Source: Longimicrobiales bacterium
GTDB taxonomy: Bacteria > Gemmatimonadota > Gemmatimonadetes > Longimicrobiales > Gaopeijiaceae
Assembly: GCA_965202985.1 (NCBI GenBank)
Contig: CBDBCF010000002.1
Span: forward strand, 704,001 to 768,000
Length of the DNA stretch: 64,000 bases
Direction of reading: 5' to 3'
The position numbers were made by a program, and so were the translations under genes. Numbering within the stretch: position 1 is the stretch's first letter; the number at the start of each line of letters is the position of its first letter. Below are positions 1-8,909 of this stretch, piece after piece. The notes beneath the pieces are model-generated. The model was not told the origin of the DNA. It was given only the letters and a program-made list of their open reading frames with translations, and did not search any database.

Positions 1-3
1 GCG

Positions 4-1851
4 CTACCCTTCCAGCAGTTCCACGGGGGTCATCCGGGTTCGGGTGGCCCCCGTTTCTGGATCCGTAACTTCGAGAAGGACTTGGAAGCGACCGGGGCGC
101 TCGTTGCGGAGGTCCAGGTCGAAGAAGTGCCGGCCGGTCGGCCCCTCGGACTTCAAGCCGACGCGGACGGCGGCCCGGGGGTCTTCACGGCCCATGCCGT
201 CCGGGGCGGGCGCCAGACTGACCCGCACGTCGAACTCCTTCTCCTGGGCGGCGGGCGTGTCGGGATCGCGATAGAGTTCGAAGTAGACGCGCAGGAGGTC
301 TTCCTGCCAGAACCGCGAGGCCGGCAACAGAGGCACGGGTCCGTCGCCCGCAGGGTATTCGGGCCTGGGGGCGATTCCGACGATCACGTCGCTGATCTCG
401 ACGCCGGCCGGGTCGCGGACAAGCGGTGGTCCGATCTCGAAGTGGGCACTGCCCGGATAGAGGGCGGCCCGCCCGGCGCGCTGGACTTCGTGGCGCGCGG
501 ACACGGACAGGTGGCGCATCTCGGGGGCATGGCGCAGAACTACCGTGGACATGTGCTCGGCGTCGGCCACCGGCAGCATTCCGGCCCGGATCATTTCGTC
601 GAACCGTCCGTTGCGCGCGATTGCCGTGTGGCGCGCCGAATACGCTTCCAAGGTCAGGCCGTCGCCGATGGAGTCCGCGTCCGAGGGCGGCGTCCAGCGG
701 GGAGACGAAACGGCCAGGACGAGGATGCGGGGCTCGTCGCCTTCGAGAATTCGGGCGGCCTGGGCCGAGAGTGCGCTTCGGGGCGCGTTGTCGATCTCGG
801 ACCACGACGACGGCCGGGGCCGGCGCGCTGCCTGCGCATCGTCCTCAATGTTGCGCTGCGTCATCGCCTCCAGAGTCCCTTCCCTGGGAAGGCGCGACTG
901 GTTCCACAGCGTGCTGAGCGCGTTGAAGCGCCGCCCGTACGGTCCGCCCATCCGCGCCAAGTCGGCGTAGTAGAAGTACTCCAGGTAGTGGTACGCCCGA
1001 ATGCTCTGGTGCCGGGCCGCGGGCGAGTAGCGGGCGTTCCTGGGAATCACTTCGTGCAGACCCGTCACGGCTCGAAATGGCCCCGTGCCCTCGGTGTTGC
1101 CGAAGAGGAAGTGGGTGAACTCGCCGGGGTGCAGCGTCGCGTAGCGCCACACCTCGTACTGGGGTTGGCGGTCGAAACGCACCATGTACTCTTCGGGCAA
1201 TCCCATGAGTCGCCGCTCGCTGCCGCTGACGCCCAGGTGCCCCCTGAGGGCGCGATCCGGTTCGCCGTACTTGACGAAGAAGGAGCCTCGGTCGTCGGTC
1301 CGGTAGGGCGAGCTGCGATTGTACACGAAGTTGTTGCGGGCGTAGGCAATCCGACGCCAGTGCTCGACCAGCCGCTCGTTCACCATCGTCGTCGGCGTCG
1401 GATCGCGTTCGATCCAGAAGCGCTTGACGGCCAAGGCCAGGGCAGCGGGATCGTCGCGCCCGGCTTCGGCCCAGCGCTCGGCCGTCGCCGAGTCCGCCAG
1501 CGCGAAGGTGCGCGCCCCTTCGGCGAGAACCTCGCGCCGGGCCTCGTCGCCGTACTCCCGGCCCGAGAACCCCCAGTAGAAGACGGAGGCCGCGACCTCT
1601 TCGTACGGCTCCAGCGCGTGAGCGGCAACGGTTTCTACGAAGGCGACGGCGATCCGCGGGTCTTCGGCGCCTGCTGCCGTGAGGCTGTCCCGGACGCTCA
1701 GCCAAAGTCGAAGCGCCTCCTCGGGACGTTCGGCTTCTCGCAGGGCTTGGCCCCGTTCGAACGGCGCCTGGATCCGCTCGTTCGACTGTCCATCATATCC
1801 GCCAGCTCCCGCCGCCAAGACGATCAGCGCCGTCAGTCCGCTAGCGCCCAC
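4..1851 (-). CDS. GWxTD-domain-like exported protein
   Basis: 615-aa ORF with a hydrophobic N-terminus. Segments FW..RDPTPTT..NERLVEHWRRIAYA and PYRTDDRGSFFVKYGEPD match the GWxTD family pattern (TDRG..Y++YG.P). Confidence 0.75.
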   Translation of the reverse strand: MGASGLTALIVLAAGAGGYDGQSNERIQAPFERGQALREAERPEEALRLWLSVRDSLTAAGAEDPRIAVAFVETVAAHALEPYEEVAASVFYWGFSGREYGDEARREVLAEGARTFALADSATAERWAEAGRDDPAALALAVKRFWIERDPTPTTMVNERLVEHWRRIAYARNNFVYNRSSPYRTDDRGSFFVKYGEPDRALRGHLGVSGSERRLMGLPEEYMVRFDRQPQYEVWRYATLHPGEFTHFLFGNTEGTGPFRAVTGLHEVIPRNARYSPAARHQSIRAYHYLEYFYYADLARMGGPYGRRFNALSTLWNQSRLPREGTLEAMTQRNIEDDAQAARRPRPSSWSEIDNAPRSALSAQAARILEGDEPRILVLAVSSPRWTPPSDADSIGDGLTLEAYSARHTAIARNGRFDEMIRAGMLPVADAEHMSTVVLRHAPEMRHLSVSARHEVQRAGRAALYPGSAHFEIGPPLVRDPAGVEISDVIVGIAPRPEYPAGDGPVPLLPASRFWQEDLLRVYFELYRDPDTPAAQEKEFDVRVSLAPAPDGMGREDPRAAVRVGLKSEGPTGRHFFDLDLRNERPGRFQVLLEVTDPETGATRTRMTPVELLEG

Positions 1852-1854
1852 GGG

Positions 1855-2592
1855 TCAGAAGACGATCAGGCCGGTGGACAGCTCCATGCGAAGGTCCACG
1901 TACCACCGGCCGCCGACCCGTTCCGCGCCGCCGCTGTAACGGGCCACGCCAGCTGTGGCCGCCAGCGTCGACACGAAGCGGCCGGACCGAAGCTCGCCGC
2001 CCAGTCCACCGTGAATCGCCGCGTGAAGGCCAGGGTCGCGATAGATCTCCGTGATCGCGCGACACACGACGGCACGGTCGTCAAGGCCCCCCGGACACGT
2101 CGCTTCGGCGAACAAGTAGCGCCGCACGCCGACGCCGCCGACGATCACGGGCCGTATCCGTTGTCCCGGTTGGCCGCGCAAGACGCGCAAGCTGGAATAG
2201 AAGCCTCGGACCGACGTCTCGACATCCCGCGTCTCGCAAAGTATGCCCGTGACCAGAGCGCAAGCCGCAATTTGTCCCGAGGCCTGCGCGCCGATCGTCG
2301 TTTCCCAGCCAGCTTCGACGGAGATGCCTTGCGCCGGAAAGCGCACGTCGATCCCAGCGGCGACCACGGGCGAGGGGCCGAGTTCGGCAACGGTCTCCAG
2401 TACCCCGCTGGCCACGTCGGTGGCCGCGTTCTTGGCGAATCGCCCGGAGGGGTACTGATACCCCCCCTTGACCCAAACGGCCGCCTCCCAGCCGCGTTCC
2501 GGCAGCGGCTGCTGGGCAACGCCAGGCGCAACGGCCAGCAGCCACGCCACTGCGGCGAGAGGGCCTGCGAGGGCGCTCCTCACCCTTGCCAC
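1855..2592 (-). CDS. hypothetical exported protein, probable outer-membrane beta-barrel
   Basis: C-terminal part of ORF 1855..3942. GTG at 2592 overlaps the upstream gene end, followed by a signal peptide (LAAVAWLLAVAPGVA|QQ), alternating beta-strand patterns and a terminal Phe (GLIVF). Confidence 0.6.
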   Translation of the reverse strand: MARVRSALAGPLAAVAWLLAVAPGVAQQPLPERGWEAAVWVKGGYQYPSGRFAKNAATDVASGVLETVAELGPSPVVAAGIDVRFPAQGISVEAGWETTIGAQASGQIAACALVTGILCETRDVETSVRGFYSSLRVLRGQPGQRIRPVIVGGVGVRRYLFAEATCPGGLDDRAVVCRAITEIYRDPGLHAAIHGGLGGELRSGRFVSTLAATAGVARYSGGAERVGGRWYVDLRMELSTGLIVF

Positions 2593-4304
2593 GGCTTCCG
2601 TTCGAAGTAGTCGCGGGTCATCTCCACGACCTTGGGGGCCAAGAGGGCCAGGGCGATCAGGTTGGGCCAGATCACGACGGCCAGGAGCGCGTCGCCCAGG
2701 CTCCACACCACGCTGAGGGACGCCACGGCGCCCACGAAGTGCATGAGGACGAAGACGACTTTGTAGGGCACGATCGCCTTGGCGCCGAAGAGGTAGTTGG
2801 CGCAGCGGTCGCCGTAGTAGCTCCACGAGATCGCGGTGGAGATGGCGAAGAGGAGCACCGAGAGGATGACGATGTAGTGGCCCCAGTCGCCCAGGGGAGA
2901 CAGGCCCCGGCGGAAGGCGGCCATCGTCATGGGGGCGCCGCTCTCGACCGCCATGCCGTAGAGGGAGGTGTGGACGCTTCCGTCGTCGCCCCGGGCTTCG
3001 CCGGCCTCGGGGTCCACCACGCCGGTGAAGGGCCGGATCTGGGCTTCGTCCACGAAGAGCCGATCCACGGGGACCTCGTGCCACGAGACGCGGGGGTCGG
3101 TGGGGCCGGTGGCGATGTGGACGCCGTCTTCGATGCGGATGTCGGCGGACGAGGTGATGTTCAGGTAGCTGCCGTCCACCTGCACGGAGCGGTAGGACAG
3201 GTCGCCGCCCGCCAGGGTGATCTCGGTCTCGAAGCGGTCGTTCCACGCGCCGGTCATGATGACCAGCAGGCCGGTCATGGTGCAGATCACCAGCGTGTCG
3301 ATGAAGGGCTCGAGCAGGGCGACGACGCCTTCGGAGACGGGCTCGTCGGTCTTGGCCGCCGAGTGGGCGATCGGCGCCGAGCCCTGCCCCGCCTCGTTCG
3401 AGAAGAGCCCGCGGCGCACGCCCCACATGAGCGTGACCAGGAAGGCGCCGACGCCGGTGCCCGCCACGCCGGCGCTCGGGTTGAAGGCTTCGCGGAAGAT
3501 GACGCCGAAGGTGGGAAGGATGTCGCCGGCGTTGAAGATCAGGACGATCAGGGCGCCCACCACGTACACGGTCGCCATGAGCGGCGCGAGGATCGAGGTG
3601 ACTCGGCCGATTCGCGTGATTCCGCCCAGGATCACCGCCGCCACGATCCCCGCCGTGAGCAGGCCGCTGACCCACTTCGGCACGCCGAACTCGGACGACA
3701 GGCTGTCGGCCACGGTGTTGGCCTGGACGCTGTTGCCGGTGAGGAACGCCGTCAGACCCAGCAGCACGGCGAAGAGCACGGCCATCCAGCGCCAGCGCGG
3801 CCCCAGTCCCCGCTCGATGTAGTACATGGGGCCGCCGGACACGGTGCCCGCCCGCAGTCCCTCTTGCTCGATGACCCGGTACTTCTGGGCCAGCGTCACC
3901 TCCGAGTACTTGGTGGCCATGCCCAGGAACGCGGTCACCCACATCCAGAAGAGGGCGCCGGGGCCGCCCCAGTGGATCGCCAGCGCCACGCCGGCGATGT
4001 TCCCGATCCCGACGGTGGCCGAAAGGGCCGTGGTCAGCGCCTGGAAGTGGGTTACGTCCCCTTCGTCCTCGGGGTCGTCGTACCTGCCGGTGGCGACGGC
4101 GGCGCCGTGGCCCAAGCGCTTCACCTGCACGAAGCCCAGGCGCAGGGTCAGGTAGGTGCCGATCCCCAAGAGGATGATCACCATGAACGGGATGTTCTCG
4201 CCGCCGACCGAGATGCCGCGCTCGACGATGTGTCGGGTCAGGAAGTCCGACAGGAAGGTCGCGATGCCGGCAAGGAAGTCGGCGATGGGAGCGAGAAGGT
4301 CCAT
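2580..4304 (-). CDS. alanine/glycine:cation symporter (AGCS family)
   Basis: Motifs FQALTTALSATVGIGNIAGVA, GGPGALFWMW, GGPMYYIE, RGLFSNEAGQGSAPIAH and LEPFIDT; multiple TM helices. Confidence 0.95.
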   Translation of the reverse strand: MDLLAPIADFLAGIATFLSDFLTRHIVERGISVGGENIPFMVIILLGIGTYLTLRLGFVQVKRLGHGAAVATGRYDDPEDEGDVTHFQALTTALSATVGIGNIAGVALAIHWGGPGALFWMWVTAFLGMATKYSEVTLAQKYRVIEQEGLRAGTVSGGPMYYIERGLGPRWRWMAVLFAVLLGLTAFLTGNSVQANTVADSLSSEFGVPKWVSGLLTAGIVAAVILGGITRIGRVTSILAPLMATVYVVGALIVLIFNAGDILPTFGVIFREAFNPSAGVAGTGVGAFLVTLMWGVRRGLFSNEAGQGSAPIAHSAAKTDEPVSEGVVALLEPFIDTLVICTMTGLLVIMTGAWNDRFETEITLAGGDLSYRSVQVDGSYLNITSSADIRIEDGVHIATGPTDPRVSWHEVPVDRLFVDEAQIRPFTGVVDPEAGEARGDDGSVHTSLYGMAVESGAPMTMAAFRRGLSPLGDWGHYIVILSVLLFAISTAISWSYYGDRCANYLFGAKAIVPYKVVFVLMHFVGAVASLSVVWSLGDALLAVVIWPNLIALALLAPKVVEMTRDYFERKPWQG

Positions 4305-4519
4305 GGCGATTGGGCTTCTTTTTGGGGGCGGGCGCTAGGGGAAGGCTGCGCGACGAGGCGCAGGTGCACTTCCGGGCAACGGTGAAGCTACTGCCGGTCC
4401 CTTGATGGAAACAAGCCGCCCGGTACGACGAGGCCTAGGCTGGGCTAGGCGCTTGGCCACTTGTCGAACCCCGAGCCGGTGGAGACCTTCCCCGAACCCC
4501 GACCGAACGAGCGCCTGCC

Positions 4520-7500
4520 ATGTTTCCTTCCGTCCGTCGTCCCACCCTGCGAACCGCTTTGCTGTCGGCCGCGATTCCGTTCACTGCCTGGGCTTGGCCC
4601 GCCTTGCCGGTTCCGCCCGCGCGTTTGGCCGCCCAGGAGCCGGAGCCCGCCGACTACGCGGCCCTGCGGTACCGCTTCATCGGCCCCGAGGGGAACCGGG
4701 CGATCGCGGTGGTCGGCGAGCCGGGCAATCCGCTCTCGATCTACGTGGGGGCGGCGTCGGGAGGGCTGTGGCGCACGCGCGACGGCGGCGTCAACTGGTC
4801 GCCCGTCTTTGACGACCAGTCGGCGTCGTCGGTGTCCGCGCTGGCGATGGCGCCTTCGGACCCCAACGTGATCTGGGCGGGCACGGGGGAGACGTTCGTG
4901 ATCCGGCCCGCACACGCCATGGGCGACGGCATCTACCGGTCCACCGACGGCGGCGACACGTGGGAGAAGAAGGGGCTGGACGCGACCGGGCGGATCGGGC
5001 GGATCGAGATCGACCCGCGGGACTCGGACGTTGTCTTCGCCTGCGCGCTGGGCCACGCCTACGGACCGCAGCCCGAGCGGGGCGTCTACCGCACCACCGA
5101 CGGCGGCGACCATTGGGAGCTGGTGCTTCACGTGTCCGAGGACGCCGGCTGCATCGACCTGGCCATGGACCACCGCAACCCGCGGGTCCTGTTCGCGTCG
5201 TTCTGGGACGTGCAGATCGACACGTGGGAACTGGACAGCGGCGGGCCGGACAGCGGCGTTTGGCGATCCACCGACGGAGGCGAGACGTGGGAGCGGCTGT
5301 CGCGCGGGGGACGCGGGTTGCCGAGCCCGGACAGCGCCATGATCGGCAAGGTGGCCGTGGAGGTGGCGCCCTCCAACTCGGACCGCGTGTACGTGCTGAC
5401 CGAGGAGTCGAGCCCCGGCTTCTACCGCTCCGACGACGGCGGCGACAGCTGGGAGCTGGTCCTGCGCAACCACACCATCAACGAGCGCGCGCCCTACTAC
5501 ACGCGGTTCGCCGTGGACCCGGCGGACGCGGACCGAGTCTACTTCGCGTCGGTGCGGTTCTCGATGTCGGTGGACGGGGGGCGCAGCTTGGTGGACGATC
5601 CGCCCCGGGGCGGCGGCGACACGCACGACGTGTGGATCGACCCGACGGACAACGCCCGCGTCATGGTGGCCGACGACGGCGGGCTGACGATCTCGCGGAA
5701 CCGGGGCCGCACCTTCCAGCGCGTGGTCCTGCCGATCGCGCAGATGTACCACGTGTGGGTGGACGACGAAGTGCCGTACAACGTCTACGGCAACCGCCAG
5801 GACGGGTGGTCGTACCGGGGGCCGTCGAACAGCCGCACCGGCGCCATACCGCTGGGGCTGTGGCACGGCGTGGGCGGGTGCGAGAGCGGTTTCGGCATCC
5901 CCGACCCCGAGGACAGCGACATCGTGTGGTCCGGATGCTACGACGGCGGGCTGGAGCGCTACAACCACCGCACCAAGCAGGTGCGTTCGGTGCGCGTGTG
6001 GCCCGAGGCGGCCTACGGCTGGGCGCCGGCGGAGCTGAAGTTCCGCTGGCACTGGACCTTCCCGATCCACATTTCGCCGCACGATCACAACACGGTCTAC
6101 GTGGGCAGCCAGCATGTCCACCGCACCACCGACGGCGGGCACTCGTGGGACGTGATCTCGCCCGATCTGACCACCAACGACAAGAGCCGCCAGCAGAGTT
6201 CGGGGGGCGTGGCGATCGACAACCTGATGACCTTCGACGGCTCCACGCTGTACGCCGTGGCCGAGTCGCCCGTGGCGCCGGGGCTGATCTGGGCGGGCAG
6301 CAACGACGGCCAGGTGCACCTGACTCGGGACGGCGGCGCGGCGTGGACGAACGTGACCGACAACGTGCCGGAGCTGCCGCCGTGGGGCACGGTGGCCAAC
6401 ATCGAGCCGTCCAGGTGGGACGCCGGGGCCGCGTACATGGCCGTGGACCTGCACCAGCTGGCGGACTTCGGGCCGTACATCTACCGCACCAAGGACTACG
6501 GTCAGCGCTGGGAGCCGATCGTGGCGGGCATTCCGCCGTCGCCCCACAGCTTCGTCCACGTGGTGCGCGAGGACCACGAGCGGCCCGGCATGCTGTACGC
6601 GGGCACCGACAACTCCGTGTACTTCTCGCTGGACGACGGCGACTCGTGGGCGGCGCTGCGCAACAACATGCCGCCGGCGCCCGTGTACTGGCTCACGACG
6701 CAGGAAGTGTTCGACGACTTGGTGGTGGGAACCTACGGACGGGGCTTCTACGTGCTGGACGACGTGTCGCCGCTGCGGTCGCTGGACCGCGCGAAGGCGG
6801 CGGGCGAGGTCGCGCTGTTCCCCGCCCGCAAGGCGTGGCGCTTCAACCCGATCCAGGGGATCAAGGCCGAGCGGAGCCACGTGACCGGGCGCAACCCGCC
6901 CTACGGCGCGGACATCAACTTCTGGGCGCCGACCGGGGCCGACGAAGCGACTGTGCGCATCTTGTCGCAGGCGGGAGACACGGTGCGGACGCTTTCGGTC
7001 GCGGTTCGGCCGGGGATCAACCGCCTTTGGTGGGACCTGCGCTACGAACCCACGCGGCGGGCCAAGCTGCGGACTGCGCCGCCGGGGCTGCCGTGGGTGC
7101 CCTTGGGACCCGAAGGCTGGCGGCCGTTGCGGACGTGGGACCTGGACCTGGACCAAGGTCAGCGGGGGCCTCGGGTGGTGCCGGGCACCTACCAGGTCGT
7201 GCTCGAGTTGCGGGACGCGGACGCCGGCGGGGGCGACGAGGGAGCCGCGGCCACGAGGCTGTCCACGCCGTTGGAGGTGGTGAAGGACCCCTACTCGGAG
7301 GGCAGCCTGGACGACATTCGGGTGCAGGTGGCGATGTCGCTGCAGATCCGGGACGAGATCAACCAGGTCGTGGACATGATCAACCAGATCGAGTGGACGC
7401 GGAGCCAGTTGGAGGACTTGGCCGAGATGATCGCCGGCGACACGACGGCAACGGATCTGTTGGCCGAGGCCCGGGCTTTGGAGGCGGCGGCGGTGCGGGT

Positions 7501-7777
7501 CGAGTCGATGCTGTTCGACATCTACTTGACGGGCGCTCGCGAGGACGCCTTCCGCAATCCGATGAAGCTCTACGGGCGCCTGAGCGCCCTGGCCCAGGAC
7601 ATCGGCTGGAGCAGCGCCGACTTCCCGCCCACCGTGCCCCAGCGCGAAGTGCACGACGTGCTGCGCCGGCGGCTCGCGGACACCCGCGTCCTCTTCGACA
7701 AGCTGTTCGGCGACGATGCCGAGGCGCTGAACCGGATGCTTCGAGAACGCCGGCTGCCGGTTCTCGTGTCGGACTGA
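4520..7777 (+). CDS. secreted BNR/Asp-box repeat (VPS10/sortilin-like) glycosyl hydrolase-like protein
   Basis: Signal peptide and many (S/T)xDGGxxW Asp-box repeats (RSTDGGDTW, RTTDGGDHW, RSDDGGDSW); 1085 aa with a helical C-terminus. Confidence 0.85.
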   Translation: MFPSVRRPTLRTALLSAAIPFTAWAWPALPVPPARLAAQEPEPADYAALRYRFIGPEGNRAIAVVGEPGNPLSIYVGAASGGLWRTRDGGVNWSPVFDDQSASSVSALAMAPSDPNVIWAGTGETFVIRPAHAMGDGIYRSTDGGDTWEKKGLDATGRIGRIEIDPRDSDVVFACALGHAYGPQPERGVYRTTDGGDHWELVLHVSEDAGCIDLAMDHRNPRVLFASFWDVQIDTWELDSGGPDSGVWRSTDGGETWERLSRGGRGLPSPDSAMIGKVAVEVAPSNSDRVYVLTEESSPGFYRSDDGGDSWELVLRNHTINERAPYYTRFAVDPADADRVYFASVRFSMSVDGGRSLVDDPPRGGGDTHDVWIDPTDNARVMVADDGGLTISRNRGRTFQRVVLPIAQMYHVWVDDEVPYNVYGNRQDGWSYRGPSNSRTGAIPLGLWHGVGGCESGFGIPDPEDSDIVWSGCYDGGLERYNHRTKQVRSVRVWPEAAYGWAPAELKFRWHWTFPIHISPHDHNTVYVGSQHVHRTTDGGHSWDVISPDLTTNDKSRQQSSGGVAIDNLMTFDGSTLYAVAESPVAPGLIWAGSNDGQVHLTRDGGAAWTNVTDNVPELPPWGTVANIEPSRWDAGAAYMAVDLHQLADFGPYIYRTKDYGQRWEPIVAGIPPSPHSFVHVVREDHERPGMLYAGTDNSVYFSLDDGDSWAALRNNMPPAPVYWLTTQEVFDDLVVGTYGRGFYVLDDVSPLRSLDRAKAAGEVALFPARKAWRFNPIQGIKAERSHVTGRNPPYGADINFWAPTGADEATVRILSQAGDTVRTLSVAVRPGINRLWWDLRYEPTRRAKLRTAPPGLPWVPLGPEGWRPLRTWDLDLDQGQRGPRVVPGTYQVVLELRDADAGGGDEGAAATRLSTPLEVVKDPYSEGSLDDIRVQVAMSLQIRDEINQVVDMINQIEWTRSQLEDLAEMIAGDTTATDLLAEARALEAAAVRVESMLFDIYLTGAREDAFRNPMKLYGRLSALAQDIGWSSADFPPTVPQREVHDVLRRRLADTRVLFDKLFGDDAEALNRMLRERRLPVLVSD

Positions 7778-7966
7778 AGCGCGGGCGGCGCCGCCTGAAC
7801 TCGGACCCCGCCTAGTGACGAAGCACTGGCGAACGACCGCTTCTATTCTAGGACGCGTACCGACCACTATTGCGGACTTTAGCGCCGGCGATCCTCTCTG
7901 CGACATTCTTCGCAAGTCCTTTTCTGGAACAGATTTACGCTGGTGTCTACCCCTCTCGAAAAATTC

Positions 7967-7983
7967 TTGGCACGCATCTTGAA
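7967..7983 (+). promoter_or_regulatory. candidate sigma54 (-24/-12) promoter
   Basis: TTGGCACGCATCTTGAA versus consensus TGGCACG-N4-TTGC: perfect -24 element, correct spacing, GA instead of GC at -12. Lies in an AT-richer spacer about 70 bp upstream of ATG 8051. Confidence 0.5.
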
Positions 7984-8050
7984 CAGTGACGGGCGACCGT
8001 AGCCGAACTCGCGGTGCTCGGTCAACCAAACCCCAGAACGGAGTGGGAAG

Positions 8051-8459
8051 ATGAACAGCTGGATCAGAACAACCGTAGCCGCAGTCGTGGCCCTGGTGAT
8101 GCTCGCGCCTGCGAGCACCATCGGTGCGACAGAGCTGGCGGACGCAGAGCTGACACCGGTGACGGCGCTCTCGGTGGCACCGAACGGTGCTACGTATCTG
8201 CCGGAGATCACGTTCGTGCGGATGCCCGAGACGTCCTGCACCCTCTCGTTCTCGTCGCGACCCGCGACGGCAGCCAACGAGAACGCACCCTGTTCGGAAG
8301 ACACCAAAGGAGGAGGCTCGGAAGAAAATCCGGGAACGCTGTGGTGCCGCGGGTGGGTCGGCGCTCCTCTGGTGCGACGAGAACGGAAGTACGGACTGGG
8401 ACGACGTCTGGATGAACTGCGGAGAGGCGCCGGAGATCGTCGTGCAGGGCCCTTCATGA
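8051..8459 (+). CDS. small secreted Cys-containing protein, apparently frameshifted near 8306
   Basis: Signal peptide MNSWIRTTVAAVVALVMLAPA. After ...PCSEDT the +1 frame (KEEARKKIRERCGAAGGSALLWCDENGSTDWDDVWMNCGEAPEIVVQGPS*) has GC-rich third positions and ends in an ATGA overlap with the next gene. Confidence 0.5.
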
Positions 8460-8881
8460 TCGCCCGCACTGGCAACCCCGTGCGCCTGGCTTTGGCGACC
8501 GTGCTCTTGGCGCTGTTGTGCGGCGCACCGAGTCCGGTCGCGGCGCAAGACGCGTCCGCCCCCGACCCCGGCTTCGGCTACTCGGGTTTGGCGTGGAGAT
8601 TTCCCCCGCCTTCCCTCGGCGACGCGTACCCGGAGGTCGTCTTGGTTCGCTCTTGCTCGCCTGCGGCCTTGGCCGGCATTAAGGTGGGAGACAAGCTGGT
8701 GGCTGTGGATGGCCAAGACGCGAAAGACGCACCCGTTTTTAGCGACTCGAAGCCGGGCACGGTCCACCGGGTCGCGCTCCGACGAGGGGACGAGGTGCTG
8801 GAAATCACGTTCCAGGCGGCGACGCGACCCAAGAAGATGCCCTCTGCGGAGGAGTGCCGTGCGAAGAAGGACGCGGGCTGA
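8456..8881 (+). CDS. secreted PDZ-domain protein
   Basis: ATG 8456, own signal peptide (RLALATVLLALLCGAPSPVAA|Q), PDZ pattern GYSGL...SPAALAGIKVGDKLVAVDG...V.LRRG. Confidence 0.7.
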   Translation: MIARTGNPVRLALATVLLALLCGAPSPVAAQDASAPDPGFGYSGLAWRFPPPSLGDAYPEVVLVRSCSPAALAGIKVGDKLVAVDGQDAKDAPVFSDSKPGTVHRVALRRGDEVLEITFQAATRPKKMPSAEECRAKKDAG

Positions 8882-8909
8882 CGGCGGCAGACGCAAGATC
8901 GCGAGAAGC

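Noticed and set aside
8051..8881. Single 276-aa fused protein as given in the ORF track
   Set aside because: An internal second signal peptide, the ATGA overlap at 8456-8459 and the codon pattern favour two genes with a frameshift.
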